Shown piece by piece: positions 45,213-55,903 of a stretch of DNA of 64,000 nucleotides. Origin of the DNA: Pseudomonadaceae bacterium (GTDB lineage: Bacteria; Pseudomonadota; Gammaproteobacteria; Pseudomonadales; Azotimanducaceae). Numbering within the stretch: the stretch's first letter is position 1; the number at the start of each line of letters is the position of its first letter. The notes below the pieces were generated by a model. The model worked only from the letters and a program-made list of their open reading frames with translations, did no database searches and was not told the origin of the DNA. Made by a program: the position numbers and the translations under genes. The stretch lies in contig JANSXA010000001.1 in NCBI GenBank assembly GCA_024743175.1, forward strand, positions 521,656 through 585,655. Direction: 5' to 3'.

Positions 45213-46904
45213 TCATGACTTAGCCCAGCGACGATTCATGGCAGAAATGATGGCATACAGCGAAGCCGTGATGGTATTTCTACTCACACCGATGCCATAA
45301 CAACGACTGCCATCAGACTCATCGTCAATGGCGAGGATGGATATGGCCTGGGCATCACTGCCCTCCCCCAGGGAATGTTCGTGATAAGCCACCACGGTGA
45401 GAGGCTCGTTTAGGGTTTCCACCAGCGCGTTAACAAACGCTTCAATTGGACCGCTACCCTCAGCATCAACGGTGACCGTGCTTTCGGATACTTCAATTCT
45501 GGCGACACATCGCTGATCCTGTTCTCGTCCGCTGAGCAGATCATAATCAATCAGCTTGTAGGGACCCTCCTGATTGGTATAGGTCTCAATCAGACGATCA
45601 AATATTTCGCTGGGCTTAACTTCACGGTCCAACTCCTCAGTAAGCTTCTGCACTTCTGCGCTGAACTCCACCAGAATGTCGCGAGGCAATGCAACGCCGT
45701 AATGCTCCTCCAACAAAAAGCCTATGCCGGCCTTGCCGGACTGGCTGTTGACCCTGACAGATTCTTTATATGAACCGCCAACATCAGCAGGGTCGATGGG
45801 CAGATAAGGCACTTCCCAGCTGTCTCGATCAACTTTAGACATGCCTTTACGGATGGCGTCCTGGTGAGAACCGGAAAACGCGGTAAATACCAGGTCACCC
45901 GCATAGGGATGACGCTCTGCAACCACCAGTTTGTTAACCGCTTCGACTGTTTCACGAATCTTCGGCATAGCGCGGAAGTCCAACGCCGGATCTACGCCCT
46001 GACTGAACAGATTCATCGCCATGGTGACAAGGTCGCAGTTACCCGTACGTTCTCCGTTACCGAACAGCGTGCCCTCAACGCGGTCTGCACCAGCCATTAA
46101 GCCCAGCTCGGTCGCAGCCACACCGGTGCCACGGTCATTATGCGTGTGCAGGCTGATGACCGCAGAGTCTCGACGGGAGAAATTACGAGCAAACCATTCG
46201 ATCTGATCGGCATAGATATTGGGGGTCGACATCTCCACCGTAGATGGCAGGTTGACAATCATCGGCTGCTCAGGGGTTGCACCCCAGGTATCAGCTACCG
46301 CTGTGCAGATTTCTGCCGCAAAATCGAGTTCGGTGCCGGTGAAACTTTCCGGCGAATACTCAAAGGTCACATCAGCATCAAAGTCTTTTAAACCCTGCTT
46401 GACGATTTCAGTACCCTGCACGGCCAGGTCAATGACACCTTGTCGATCCATTTCAAAGACAACTCGGCGCTGCAGTTCAGAGGTGGAATTGTAAAGATGG
46501 AAAATCACGCTGGGAGCGCCCTGCAGCGCCTCCACTGTGCGCTCAATCAGCTCCGCCCGAGCCTGACACAACACCTGGATACTGACACCTTCAGGAATTC
46601 GATCTTCATCAATTATCCGACGGATAAAATCAAAGTCAGGTTGGGAAGCTGCGGGAAATCCCACCTCAATTTCGGCAAAGCCAATCTCCAGCAACAGATC
46701 CCAGAGTCGCAGCTTCTCATTCACATTCATCGGATCGATCAGCGCCTGATTGCCATCGCGCAGATCAACACTGCACCAGCGCGGTGCCTTCGTCAGCACC
46801 TTGCGTGGCCATTGACGATCCGGCAGATCGATGGGTTTAAACGCGTGGTATTTTTGAAAAGGCATCGCGCCCTGGGCGCGTCCTGAAATATGACGTTGGC
46901 TCAT
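45213..46904 (-). CDS. leuA: 2-isopropylmalate synthase (yeast-like/LeuA2 type)
   Basis: WCSVDLRDGNQAL, EIEVGFP, SLHTHNDRG, GERTGN, AFSGSHQDAI motifs; ATG 46904 with AAGGA RBS. Confidence 0.97.
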   Translation of the reverse strand: MSQRHISGRAQGAMPFQKYHAFKPIDLPDRQWPRKVLTKAPRWCSVDLRDGNQALIDPMNVNEKLRLWDLLLEIGFAEIEVGFPAASQPDFDFIRRIIDEDRIPEGVSIQVLCQARAELIERTVEALQGAPSVIFHLYNSTSELQRRVVFEMDRQGVIDLAVQGTEIVKQGLKDFDADVTFEYSPESFTGTELDFAAEICTAVADTWGATPEQPMIVNLPSTVEMSTPNIYADQIEWFARNFSRRDSAVISLHTHNDRGTGVAATELGLMAGADRVEGTLFGNGERTGNCDLVTMAMNLFSQGVDPALDFRAMPKIRETVEAVNKLVVAERHPYAGDLVFTAFSGSHQDAIRKGMSKVDRDSWEVPYLPIDPADVGGSYKESVRVNSQSGKAGIGFLLEEHYGVALPRDILVEFSAEVQKLTEELDREVKPSEIFDRLIETYTNQEGPYKLIDYDLLSGREQDQRCVARIEVSESTVTVDAEGSGPIEAFVNALVETLNEPLTVVAYHEHSLGEGSDAQAISILAIDDESDGSRCYGIGVSRNTITASLYAIISAMNRRWAKS

Positions 46905-47051
46905 GCCAATATTTCCTTTGTTTGTTGCTGCGCTGCTGCGCAATATAGTCTCTTTCTAAATCGTCTCAGAGAGACTCAGCCAGGGTAAATCTGGTATCGA
47001 GTCTTACTGGTGTCTGAGTATCATCTGGGTGGGTGTTTATACCCTGGGGTG

Positions 47052-47144
47052 TTAAATAGTTGCCGGTGCTACCGGCAGCAGCAGTGTCGCCGCCAGGAGA
47101 GGCAGCGAAGACAAGGGCAGAAGTGGCAAGCTCTTAATGTTCAC
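47052..47144 (-). CDS. Leu-rich leader peptide MNIKSLPLLPLSSLPLLAATLLLPVAPATI (10 Leu of 30)
   Basis: Translated by hand from GTG 47144 to TAA 47052; ends 147 nt upstream of leuA. Confidence 0.75.
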   Translation of the reverse strand: MNIKSLPLLPLSSLPLLAATLLLPVAPATI

Positions 47145-47150
47145 GCCGCA

Positions 47151-47179
47151 ACTATAGTCTGAGCTGAATTGTTTGCCAA
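47151..47179 (-). promoter_or_regulatory. Sigma70 promoter TTGGCA-N17-TATAGT for the leuA leader
   Basis: Exact 17-nt spacer; the leader GTG begins 7 nt after the -10 box. Confidence 0.7.
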
Positions 47180-47192
47180 GCACTAGTGCTGG

Positions 47193-48377
47193 TCACAATC
47201 CTGGCTTTACCGCCGCAGCGGCTGTGCTGGCCTTTGAACGTGCGTCCTCAATAGTTTCGCCAAGCGCTAAAGCAACACCCATGCGCCGTTCGCCCCGCAC
47301 CTGCGGCTTACCAAACAGACGCAACTGAGTATCCGGCTGTGCTAACGCCTCCTGCAGGCCGTCAAAGGTGACCTGATCAGAATCTCCGCTGACCAGTACC
47401 ACCGCTGAAGCGGCTGGCCCACGACACGCAATGTTGGGTATTGGCAACCCGAGGATCGCGCGGGCATGCAGCGCAAATTCAGATAAATCCTGACTGATCA
47501 TTGTGACCATACCCGTATCGTGGGGCCGCGGACTGACTTCGCTGAAATACACCTCATCGCTTTCGATAAAAAATTCCACGCCAAACAGGCCATATCCACC
47601 CAGTTCCGCAGTGACCAGGGCGGCAATTCGTTCACTTTCAGCCAGCGCCACAGATGACATCGGCTGGGGCTGCCAGGATTCCTGATAGTCTCCTCCCGCC
47701 TGGCGGTGACCGATGGGTGCACAAAACGAGACGCCGTCAACGTGCTGCACTGTGAGCAAGGTGATCTCGTAGTCGAAATCGACAAACCCTTCGACGATAA
47801 CCTTACCGCCACCGCCACGCGCACCCTCCTGGGCGTAATCCCAAGCCGCCTGCGCCTGTGCAGCGTCTTTCACCAGCGATTGCCCTTTACCGGAACTGGA
47901 CATGACGGGTTTAACCACACACGGAAAGCCGATCTGCTCTATTGCCAGCGCGTAGGCCCGGGCATCTTCTGCAAACACAAAGGGTGAGGTTTTTATCCCA
48001 AGAGCGTCTGCTGCAAGCAACCTTATTCCTTCACGATCCATGGTCAGCTGTGCGGCTCTCGCCGTTGGTACAACCGCTAAACCCTCACGCTCCAGTTCAA
48101 CCAGGGTTGCCGTCGCAATGGCTTCGATTTCAGGGACAACCAGATGCGGCTGCTCCTGAGCAATGACCGCGGCTAGAGCAGTTCCGTCAAGCATGTTGAC
48201 CACATGACTGCGATGCGCCACCTGCATAGCAGGGGCATGGGCATAACGATCCACCGCTATCACCTCCACACCCAGACGCTGTAATTCTATCGTCACTTCT
48301 TTTCCCAGTTCGCCACTGCCGAGCAGCATGACCCGGGTGGCGGTTGCGGACCCCGGCGTGCCAATAACAACACCCAC
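47193..48377 (-). CDS. purT: Formate-dependent phosphoribosylglycinamide formyltransferase
   Basis: [40 protein letters not shown] motifs. Confidence 0.97.
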   Translation of the reverse strand: MGVVIGTPGSATATRVMLLGSGELGKEVTIELQRLGVEVIAVDRYAHAPAMQVAHRSHVVNMLDGTALAAVIAQEQPHLVVPEIEAIATATLVELEREGLAVVPTARAAQLTMDREGIRLLAADALGIKTSPFVFAEDARAYALAIEQIGFPCVVKPVMSSSGKGQSLVKDAAQAQAAWDYAQEGARGGGGKVIVEGFVDFDYEITLLTVQHVDGVSFCAPIGHRQAGGDYQESWQPQPMSSVALAESERIAALVTAELGGYGLFGVEFFIESDEVYFSEVSPRPHDTGMVTMISQDLSEFALHARAILGLPIPNIACRGPAASAVVLVSGDSDQVTFDGLQEALAQPDTQLRLFGKPQVRGERRMGVALALGETIEDARSKASTAAAAVKPGL

Positions 48378-48379
48378 GA

Positions 48380-48931
48380 TCAGAGGTCCTCGGCGGCGAC
48401 AGCTTCAGCAGCGCCCTGAGGGATCATGTCTTCTCTGAATCGGCGTGCGTTCTCCACGTAATGTGCAGCCCCCAGGCGTATGTTCTGCGCCTGCTCAGGT
48501 GAGAGTGTTTTCACAACTTTACCCGGAGAACCCAGAACCATGGAGTTATCCGGAATTACTTTTCCTTCAGTTAACAGGGCGTTAGCACCGATAATGCAGT
48601 TTTTACCTATCTTTACACCATTCAGCACAACAGCATTAATGCCAATCAGCGACCCCTCGCCGATGGTGCACCCATGCAACATGACTTTGTGGCCGATGGT
48701 GACGTGGGGACCTATTTCCAGCGGGTAGCCCATGTCCGTATGCAACACCGAGCCATCCTGGACGTTGGAGCCTTCACCCACGGTTATCAGGTCGTTGTCG
48801 CCACGCAGCACCACGTTAAACCAGATATTGGCGTCTTTCTTGAGCAGCACGTTGCCTACAACGGTTGCGTTGTCTGCAACCCAATACTCACCCTCGGCAC
48901 GTACTTTGACGCCTCCCAATTGATACAACAC
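48380..48931 (-). CDS. Gamma carbonic anhydrase (YrdA) family protein
   Basis: [28 protein letters not shown] hexapeptide repeats; GTG 48931 with GGAG RBS. Confidence 0.93.
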   Translation of the reverse strand: MLYQLGGVKVRAEGEYWVADNATVVGNVLLKKDANIWFNVVLRGDNDLITVGEGSNVQDGSVLHTDMGYPLEIGPHVTIGHKVMLHGCTIGEGSLIGINAVVLNGVKIGKNCIIGANALLTEGKVIPDNSMVLGSPGKVVKTLSPEQAQNIRLGAAHYVENARRFREDMIPQGAAEAVAAEDL

Positions 48932-49109
48932 AGCATTCTCCCCGACAAAAGAAACATGAAAAAACAGCGCCCATGGTAAGCGCACACCCTCACAAAACAA
49001 CCCATCCGGCACATAAGTACCCTCACAAATCCCTTACAGCTCGACGTTAGGTTATCTGGCGCCACTGATGCATAGTCCTAAGCGTTAGGGGTTCAATGAA
49101 AGAGACACA

Positions 49110-49505
49110 ATGAAACAGAAACTACCAGCGTTTGATGTACTGGTAGACATGGCACGTAATGATCCGCAGCGTCTGGAGAAACTGCGTCGCATACTCACTG
49201 AACACGTGATTGCGGGTGCCACCACGGAACAAAAACGCAAACGTCTTGAAGGCTTACAGTTTCGGGTTGACCTGGAGCGCGAACGTGCACGTTCGCCCCT
49301 GGCTGCAACCATCAGAATTTCAGAGATGATGTGCCATTCTCTGGCAGACCTTCATCGATCAATGGTGACGCCCCTGGTTGCTGAGCAGGAAGGTGAAGAA
49401 TCTCCAACGGCGACCGTGCTGGCTTTTCCGAAGCCTGCGCGCAGTTTTTTCAACTTTGACGACGCAGACGATGACCCTTCTGATGAAGGAGAGGACAAAG
49501 ACTAA
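49110..49505 (+). CDS. DUF3135-like protein
   Basis: LP.FD.LV.MA.NDP..LE.LR, LEGLQFR.D..R.R pattern. Confidence 0.7.
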   Translation: MKQKLPAFDVLVDMARNDPQRLEKLRRILTEHVIAGATTEQKRKRLEGLQFRVDLERERARSPLAATIRISEMMCHSLADLHRSMVTPLVAEQEGEESPTATVLAFPKPARSFFNFDDADDDPSDEGEDKD

Positions 49506-49534
49506 TCAGCAGCAGCTGGTTATAATCCGGCGCT

Positions 49535-50074
49535 ATGAAATTCTGCAGTAACTGCGGCGCTACGCTGACGTTCACTATACCGCCAGGTGACAACCGTGAG
49601 CGGCACGTGTGCAACGATTGCGACACCATTCACTACGTTAACCCGCGCATCATCACCGGTTGTCTACCGATCTGGGACGATCGAGTGCTGCTGTGTCTAC
49701 GCGCCATCAACCCACGCAAAGGTTACTGGACGCTGCCTGCGGGCTTCCTGGAAAACGGTGAAACCATTGCCGCCGGTGCGGCTCGGGAAACCGAGGAAGA
49801 AGCCAATGCCAGGGTGTCTGACCTGGAGCTCTATACGGTTTTCAGTCTGCCGCATATTTCCCAAGCCTATATGTTTTATCGTGCGCAGTTGCGCGACCTG
49901 GATTTCAGCAGCGGCGAAGAGAGCCTGGATGTGCGCCTGTTCAAGGAAGACGAAATCCCATGGGATAACCTGGCCTTCCCCGTCATCAACAAGTCGCTGC
50001 AATACTATTTTGACGATCGCAAAAGCGGGCAGTTTCAGTTTCGCTCGGAAGCCATAGAATTCAAACGGCGTTAG
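49535..50074 (+). CDS. Nudix hydrolase with N-terminal zinc ribbon
   Basis: FCSNCG...C..C..IHY.NP; Nudix box GFLENGET...GAARETEEEA. Confidence 0.93.
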   Translation: MKFCSNCGATLTFTIPPGDNRERHVCNDCDTIHYVNPRIITGCLPIWDDRVLLCLRAINPRKGYWTLPAGFLENGETIAAGAARETEEEANARVSDLELYTVFSLPHISQAYMFYRAQLRDLDFSSGEESLDVRLFKEDEIPWDNLAFPVINKSLQYYFDDRKSGQFQFRSEAIEFKRR

Positions 50075-50098
50075 CCTTTCGTCGGACGCTTCAAGCGA

Positions 50099-53000
50099 TC
50101 AACCCAGTGCCACCCTGGCATTGCGAAACAGGCGCATCCACGGCGCGTACTCACCCCAGCTTTGATCCTGCCAGACATTCTGTCGGCTGAGATAGACACG
50201 TTCCGGGTGGGGCATGGTGATCAGGACTTTCCCCTGATTGGCGGTTACTCCCGCCAGACCTGCCGGTGCGCCATTGGGATTGTGTGGATACAGCTGGGTT
50301 GTTTGTCCCGCCGGATCCACATAGCTCATAGCCACCTGATCCATCTGTTGTAACTGCGATAAATCAGTGTGCTGACGAAACTCTGCTCGCCCTTCCCCAT
50401 GGGCTACAGCAACGGGCAGAATGCTGCCCGCCATTGAAGCCAGCCAGGGTGAAGTGTTGTTTTCTATCCGGGTCATTACTGTTCGCGCTTCAAACTGCTC
50501 GGAGCGGTTGGCAACAAAGCGCGGCCAGTGCTGTGCACCAGGTATAAGGCTGTGCAAGCCGCTGAGCATCTGGCAGCCATTGCATACCCCCAGCACCAGA
50601 CGGTCTGCGTTGAAAAAATCTTCAAACTGACGGCGGACAGCTTCGTGAAACAGCACGCTTTTTGCCCAACCACCGCCGCCACCCAGGACGTCGCCATAGG
50701 AAAAACCGCCACAGGCAACCAGACTGGAAAAGTCCTGCAGATGTGCACGCCCTTCTATCAGGTCGCTCATATGCACATCAACACACTCAAACCCTGCCGC
50801 GGTGAACGCAGCAGCCATTTCGATCTGCCCATTCACTCCCTGCTCGCGAAGAATCGCAATCTTAGGTTTCAAGGCTGACACGTAGGGCGCAGTGACATCT
50901 TCAGCGACATCAAAACTGGTCTTTGCATGCAGGCCCGGATTGACCTGAGCAGAGCTCAGCAACCCCTGATATTCTTCGTCAGCACAGGTTTCATTATCCC
51001 GCAGCCGCGCCATCGCGTGACTGGTTCTGGCCCAGACCTGCTCGAGTTCCGCGCGGGTATTGGAAATGATGTTCTGACTACCCTGGGAGACAGTGATCTG
51101 CTCTGCAACAGTGGCATGACCCAGACGCATGACATGACACGGCGCGTGGGCCAGGAAGTCATCTACATCTGCTGACGCAACCTGCAGAACGATGCCTATC
51201 TCTTCGGTAAACAAAGTTGCCAACACATCAGCCTCCTGAGGCAATGTGATCTGCAAACCACAACGCCCGGCAAACGCCATTTCCAGCAACGTGACAATCA
51301 GGCCGCCGTCAGAGCGATCGTGCTGAGCGATAATCTGTCCTGCCCGCCTTGCCTGCAGCACAAAGTCCAGCATCGCTCGGAAGCTCTGTGCATCGTCAAC
51401 ATCCGGCGCATCATCACCAAGTTGCCCGTAAACCTGCGCAAGCACACTGCCACCAAGCGCTTCACCGCCTGTATGCAGTAGCAGCAATTCGTGCTCGCGC
51501 TGGGGCTGCACAACGGGTAACGACGTTTTTGTGACGTCATCAACCGGTGCAAACGCAGACACAATGAGTGTCACCGGCGACACCACGGACTTATCCTCGC
51601 CATTTTCCTGCCAGCGGGTCTGCATCGATAAAGAGTCTTTGCCTACCGGTATGGCGATACCGAGGCTGGGACAGAACTGTTCACCCACTGCAACCACTGA
51701 ATCAAACAGACTCTGTTCTTCCAGGTTAGAACCCGCTGCCGCCATCCAATTAGCTGACAGAACCACACGTTCTATGCCTTCCAAATCAGCACTGACGAGA
51801 TTGGTTAAGGCTTCCGCAACCGCCATTCGAGCGGCAGCGGCGGGATTAATCAGCGCCAGCGGACTGCGCTCACCCATGGCAAAGGCTTCACCACGGACGG
51901 TGGTATATCCGCGCATGGTGACAGCTGCATCAGCCACCGGCACCTGCCAGGGACCTACCATCTGTTGACAGGCCACCAGGCCGGTAATGGAGCGGTCGCC
52001 GATGGTAATCAGAAACTGTTTGCTGGCGACGGCAGGAAACTGCAGTACGCGACTCAAAGCCTCTTCGATTTGAACCGTCGCCAGGTCCAGTGGAGGCTGA
52101 ACAATTTGCTGGCGAGCAAACTGCCGAGACATTTTTGGCGGTTTGCCTAACAACGTCTCTAACGGTAGATCAATGGGGTAATTATCAAACTGCTGATCAA
52201 ACACCTTGAGCTGCCCATCATCTGTTGAATGGCCCACTACAGCGTAGGGACAGCGCTCTCTTTGACACAGGGCTTCAAAGCGATTCAGTGCAGCAGCATC
52301 AATCCCTAACACGTACCGTTCCTGAGCTTCATTGCACCAGAGCTCTAACGGCGACATACCTGAATCGGCGCTGTTTACCGCACGCAATTGAAAGTGCCCT
52401 CCGGCGTGCGCATCATGGATCAGCTCAGGCAGCGCGTTGGATAACCCACCGGCTCCAACGTCATGGATCAGTCGGATTGGGTTGTCGTCACCCAGCCCAC
52501 AACAGGCGTCGATGACTTCCTGACAACGTCGTTCCATTTCCGGATTGCCCCGCTGTACCGACGCAAAATCCAGATCCTCGGCACTGCTGCCCGAAGCCAT
52601 ACTGGATGCCGCGCTGCCACCCAGACCAATCAGCATAGCCGGGCCACCCAGCACAACAAGGGCTGTGCCCACCGGAAAATCCTGTGCATGCACATGCTCT
52701 TCGCGAACGCTGCCTACACCACCGGCAATCATGACGGGCTTGTGGTAACCACGCACACCCTGTTGCAACTGCATCTCAAAGGTACGGAAATAGCCGCTAA
52801 TGGCCGGGCGTCCGAACTCGTTGTTGAAACTGGCCGCACCTATAGGTCCTTCCAGCATGATGTGCAGTGGATCTGCTATCTGCGCAGGCTTGGAGGTTTC
52901 TAACTCCCAGGGTTGTGCTAGACCGGGAATATTCAGATGCGAGGTGGTAAAGCCGCTCAAGCCTGCCTTGGGTTTTGAGCCTCGGCCTACAGCACCTTCA

Positions 53001-53959
53001 TCTCTGATCTCACCACCCGATCCCGTTGCTGCACCTGCAAACGGTGCAATGGCAGTAGGGTGATTATGGGTTTCCACCTTCATCAGCACATGCACGGGTG
53101 CCTGTTCGAAGCGGTAGACATGATCGTCAGATGATGCTGAGAAGCGCGCTTCCTGACTGCCCTGAATCACCGCAGCGTTGTCCGAGTAGGCGCTGAGAAC
53201 ACCCCGCCCATTGGTCTGCTGGTAGGTGTTCCTGATCATGGCAAACAGCGACTTCGGCTGCAGCTGCCCATCAACGTGCCATTGCGCGTTAAAGATTTTA
53301 TGCCGGCAGTGTTCACTGTTGGCCTGGGCAAACATCATCATTTCCGCATCGGTGGGATTACGCTGGGCGGATCTGTAAGCCTGTTCCAGATAATCAATTT
53401 CGTCCTCTGACAGCGCCAGTCCAAGCGTGAGATTAGCTGCGGTTAACGCATCCCTGCCTTGTTCCAGGAGATTCACGTAGCCTACTGGTGCCGGCGGTTG
53501 GTGCTGAAAAACCCCCTGGAAGTCTTCGTCGAACAGCACGGTTTGAGTCATACGGTCGTGCAGGTGTTCCAACGCCATATCCTCAGCCTCATCATGAGAT
53601 TCAACAAACCAGCGGACACCCCGTTCAACACGAATAATCTTTGTCAGACCACAGAGCGTGAAGATGTCTGTTGCTTTGCTGGACCAGGGAGAAATTGTCC
53701 CGGTCCGAGGCACTATCGTGAGGACGCGACTCCCCGCAGGCTGTGGCAGGCCCAGTTGCGGCCCATAGTGCAACAGTTCCTCGACCTGGTGCAGTTCTGC
53801 CTGGTCCAAAGGCTCAGCTGCAAGCAGGATGTGCACAAACTCAGCATAGCTGATGCGGGGCTCAAAGCGCCGCATCTTGGACAGCGCAAACGTACTCAGT
53901 GCCGGTGCACCAGCAAGCACCAGTATTTCCTCGCTATCCGATGAAAGACGCTCTGACAC
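50099..53959 (-). CDS. purL: Phosphoribosylformylglycinamidine synthase (large fused PurL)
   Basis: [50 protein letters not shown] motifs. Confidence 0.98.
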   Translation of the reverse strand: MSERLSSDSEEILVLAGAPALSTFALSKMRRFEPRISYAEFVHILLAAEPLDQAELHQVEELLHYGPQLGLPQPAGSRVLTIVPRTGTISPWSSKATDIFTLCGLTKIIRVERGVRWFVESHDEAEDMALEHLHDRMTQTVLFDEDFQGVFQHQPPAPVGYVNLLEQGRDALTAANLTLGLALSEDEIDYLEQAYRSAQRNPTDAEMMMFAQANSEHCRHKIFNAQWHVDGQLQPKSLFAMIRNTYQQTNGRGVLSAYSDNAAVIQGSQEARFSASSDDHVYRFEQAPVHVLMKVETHNHPTAIAPFAGAATGSGGEIRDEGAVGRGSKPKAGLSGFTTSHLNIPGLAQPWELETSKPAQIADPLHIMLEGPIGAASFNNEFGRPAISGYFRTFEMQLQQGVRGYHKPVMIAGGVGSVREEHVHAQDFPVGTALVVLGGPAMLIGLGGSAASSMASGSSAEDLDFASVQRGNPEMERRCQEVIDACCGLGDDNPIRLIHDVGAGGLSNALPELIHDAHAGGHFQLRAVNSADSGMSPLELWCNEAQERYVLGIDAAALNRFEALCQRERCPYAVVGHSTDDGQLKVFDQQFDNYPIDLPLETLLGKPPKMSRQFARQQIVQPPLDLATVQIEEALSRVLQFPAVASKQFLITIGDRSITGLVACQQMVGPWQVPVADAAVTMRGYTTVRGEAFAMGERSPLALINPAAAARMAVAEALTNLVSADLEGIERVVLSANWMAAAGSNLEEQSLFDSVVAVGEQFCPSLGIAIPVGKDSLSMQTRWQENGEDKSVVSPVTLIVSAFAPVDDVTKTSLPVVQPQREHELLLLHTGGEALGGSVLAQVYGQLGDDAPDVDDAQSFRAMLDFVLQARRAGQIIAQHDRSDGGLIVTLLEMAFAGRCGLQITLPQEADVLATLFTEEIGIVLQVASADVDDFLAHAPCHVMRLGHATVAEQITVSQGSQNIISNTRAELEQVWARTSHAMARLRDNETCADEEYQGLLSSAQVNPGLHAKTSFDVAEDVTAPYVSALKPKIAILREQGVNGQIEMAAAFTAAGFECVDVHMSDLIEGRAHLQDFSSLVACGGFSYGDVLGGGGGWAKSVLFHEAVRRQFEDFFNADRLVLGVCNGCQMLSGLHSLIPGAQHWPRFVANRSEQFEARTVMTRIENNTSPWLASMAGSILPVAVAHGEGRAEFRQHTDLSQLQQMDQVAMSYVDPAGQTTQLYPHNPNGAPAGLAGVTANQGKVLITMPHPERVYLSRQNVWQDQSWGEYAPWMRLFRNARVALG

Positions 53960-53986
53960 TATCCGAAACTCCTTCTTGCTTGATGC

Positions 53987-54481
53987 CTACACCTGCTGCT
54001 GTGATGCGGCTTGCGCCCTTTTAGCGCTAAAAAATTCGGACAGGATCTGCCCGCAGGGTTGAGACAGTATCCCACCGGTCACTGCCAGCTGATGGTTTAA
54101 CCAGTCATTGTGTAAAAGAGGATGGCTCTGCACAGTACCTGCCTTGGGTTCAGCAGCACCATAAACAAGACGTTGAACCCGCGCCTGAACTAACACCCCT
54201 GCACACATCATGCAGGGCTCCAGGGTCACGTACAGGGTCACTTCAGGCAGCCGGTGATTATTCAGTTTCTGTGCGGCACTGCGCAGCGCAACCACCTCAG
54301 CATGCGCGCTGGGATCACAGGACATAATGGTCTGGTTGTGACCGCTGCTTATCAAGACATCATCTGCCACAACGACTGCACCAACGGGTACTTCCCCCTG
54401 TTCCCTTGCAAGGTGCGCCTGCTGCAGGGCACGTTGCATCCAGTACTCATCACGCGCAAAGTCAGGCGCCAGGCCGCTCAT
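53987..54481 (-). CDS. tadA: tRNA adenosine(34) deaminase
   Basis: GEVPVGAV, HAE, TLEPCMMC motifs. Confidence 0.95.
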   Translation of the reverse strand: MSGLAPDFARDEYWMQRALQQAHLAREQGEVPVGAVVVADDVLISSGHNQTIMSCDPSAHAEVVALRSAAQKLNNHRLPEVTLYVTLEPCMMCAGVLVQARVQRLVYGAAEPKAGTVQSHPLLHNDWLNHQLAVTGGILSQPCGQILSEFFSAKRAQAASQQQV

Positions 54482-54688
54482 TTACACGCAAGGCTCATCA
54501 CTGAACTGAGCAAACGCAGCTTCACGTTCGGCCTTCGACATACCCTGCGTTTCGTCCACAAACCGATTGCGAGCCTGCCGACTTGAGAACACCCAGATAC
54601 AGACACTGTCTGCACTGTGATAGATAGCCTTACACTCATCGTCGATTGCACATAATTCCGGCGGTATCTGCACAGGTATACAGAACAT
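54482..54688 (-). CDS. 68-aa hypothetical protein coupled to tadA
   Basis: TAA abuts the tadA ATG (TAAATG); GGGAG RBS. Confidence 0.65.
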   Translation of the reverse strand: MFCIPVQIPPELCAIDDECKAIYHSADSVCIWVFSSRQARNRFVDETQGMSKAEREAAFAQFSDEPCV

Positions 54689-54689
54689 T

Positions 54690-54704
54690 TCACTCCCACT
54701 CGAT
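54690..54704 (-). repeat. Distal att copy of the guaA 3' end (ATCGAGTGGGAGTGA)
   Basis: 14/15 identical to the guaA end ATAGAGTGGGAGTGA at 62354-62368; both read IEWE-stop. Confidence 0.85.
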
Positions 54705-54888
54705 TATCAATCGACTATTTTTACCTTTTATTATCAATGGCTTATTTCTCCGCCAATCGGTAATACCATGAAAAATACCATGCTCAGAAAACCCTTCAAA
54801 ACACTCGAGAATTTGAAAAAATCGCTATCGGCCGCTGCCGGAACAGCGACTCATCTTATGCCACAGGGGGGTTGTCGTCCCCATAGTC

Positions 54889-55520
54889 TCACACTCGCCC
54901 CTGCAAAGCCTGGCGAGTAAACTTTCTCGCGGCGTTCTGCCTACCGGCATTGTCGTTCACCTCGACGAGTCGCCGAATCCGCTCGCAGACTTCGTCGGCC
55001 TGATTCAATCGGGTGGCAGCATCCATCGCCTGGTCATACGCCTCCACCACATCGATGCTGGTCACCTCGTAACCCCTCATTCAACCAACGCAGCGCCGCC
55101 ATGGGGGCACCCAGAGCAAATGCCGGTGCCCATGCCGATGCCGATGCCCATGCCCATGCCGAGTCAAGTTAGTCCCTGGCTGCTCTGGCCAAGGTTTTCG
55201 GATCACAGTGACCCTGATTGGCGAGTACCAGTGCCAAGTCAAATAACTCGAGCTCCTTTGCGGTTGCATTCCACTTGCCCTCCTCTACCGGCGCGGTTTT
55301 GATCAGATCGGTAAGTACTTCCGACTGAGCCATCAACGGATCGCGCTTCACTCTGGCACGATAGCGCGCGAGATACGAATTACCCTGGGCCGCAATCAAC
55401 CCATAGCGACTATAGGCCTCGTCATGGAGGCCCGAGGAGACCAGGATCTCTTCGCAGACCTGATCAATAGCCGAATCAGGTTGCTTGAGCCCCTGGAGGC
55501 CTCGGCGCGGTCTGACCCGC
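54889..55520 (-). pseudogene. Degraded C-terminal fragment of a conserved hypothetical protein
   Basis: Segments AEASRG / CEEILVSSGLHDEAYSRY...EEGKW...CDPKTLARAARD / PAFALGAPMAALRWL / GYEVT are broken by frameshifts and a stop; 5' boundary approximate. Confidence 0.65.
55121..55162. repeat. Hexamer tandem repeat TGCC(C/G)(A/G) x7
   Basis: TGCCGG TGCCCA TGCCGA TGCCGA TGCCCA TGCCCA TGCCGA. Confidence 0.9.
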
Positions 55521-55903
55521 CTGTGGTTGTCGCAACAAATTTGATTGTGCGTGGGAAAAAAACTTGAAAATCAGGACTGTCAGCCAAGCTCCCGGCAATC
55601 TGACCCATCAAAGTGGAAAACCCTTTTACGCCCCTCCCGCTGTGCGATTGCGGGTTAGGCTCGGTGTGAATGAAGCGGTCTTTTATGATGCTGATAATTT
55701 CGACATCACACGCACGGGGTGATGCCCATCGCACTTTGACCGAGACCGATCGGCCCTGTCAGGACTATGTTCCCTACCTTAAACCACTTCCTCATCCGCG
55801 CTGTCGCAACAACGCCTGGCTCAGAAAACAAGACTGGTTTGCAGATGAACTCGTCCAGCTGAAACGGCCGGTTGGTCAGCGGCTAGATTAAAAACTGAAG
55901 GCT

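Noticed and set aside
54478-54699. 73-aa alternative-frame ORF upstream of tadA
   Set aside because: The overlapping 68-aa frame has the better RBS, exact TAAATG coupling and a more protein-like composition.
55528-55813. TGTCGCAACAA occurring twice in the island, possible IS ends
   Set aside because: The copies are in direct rather than inverted orientation, with no transposase between them.
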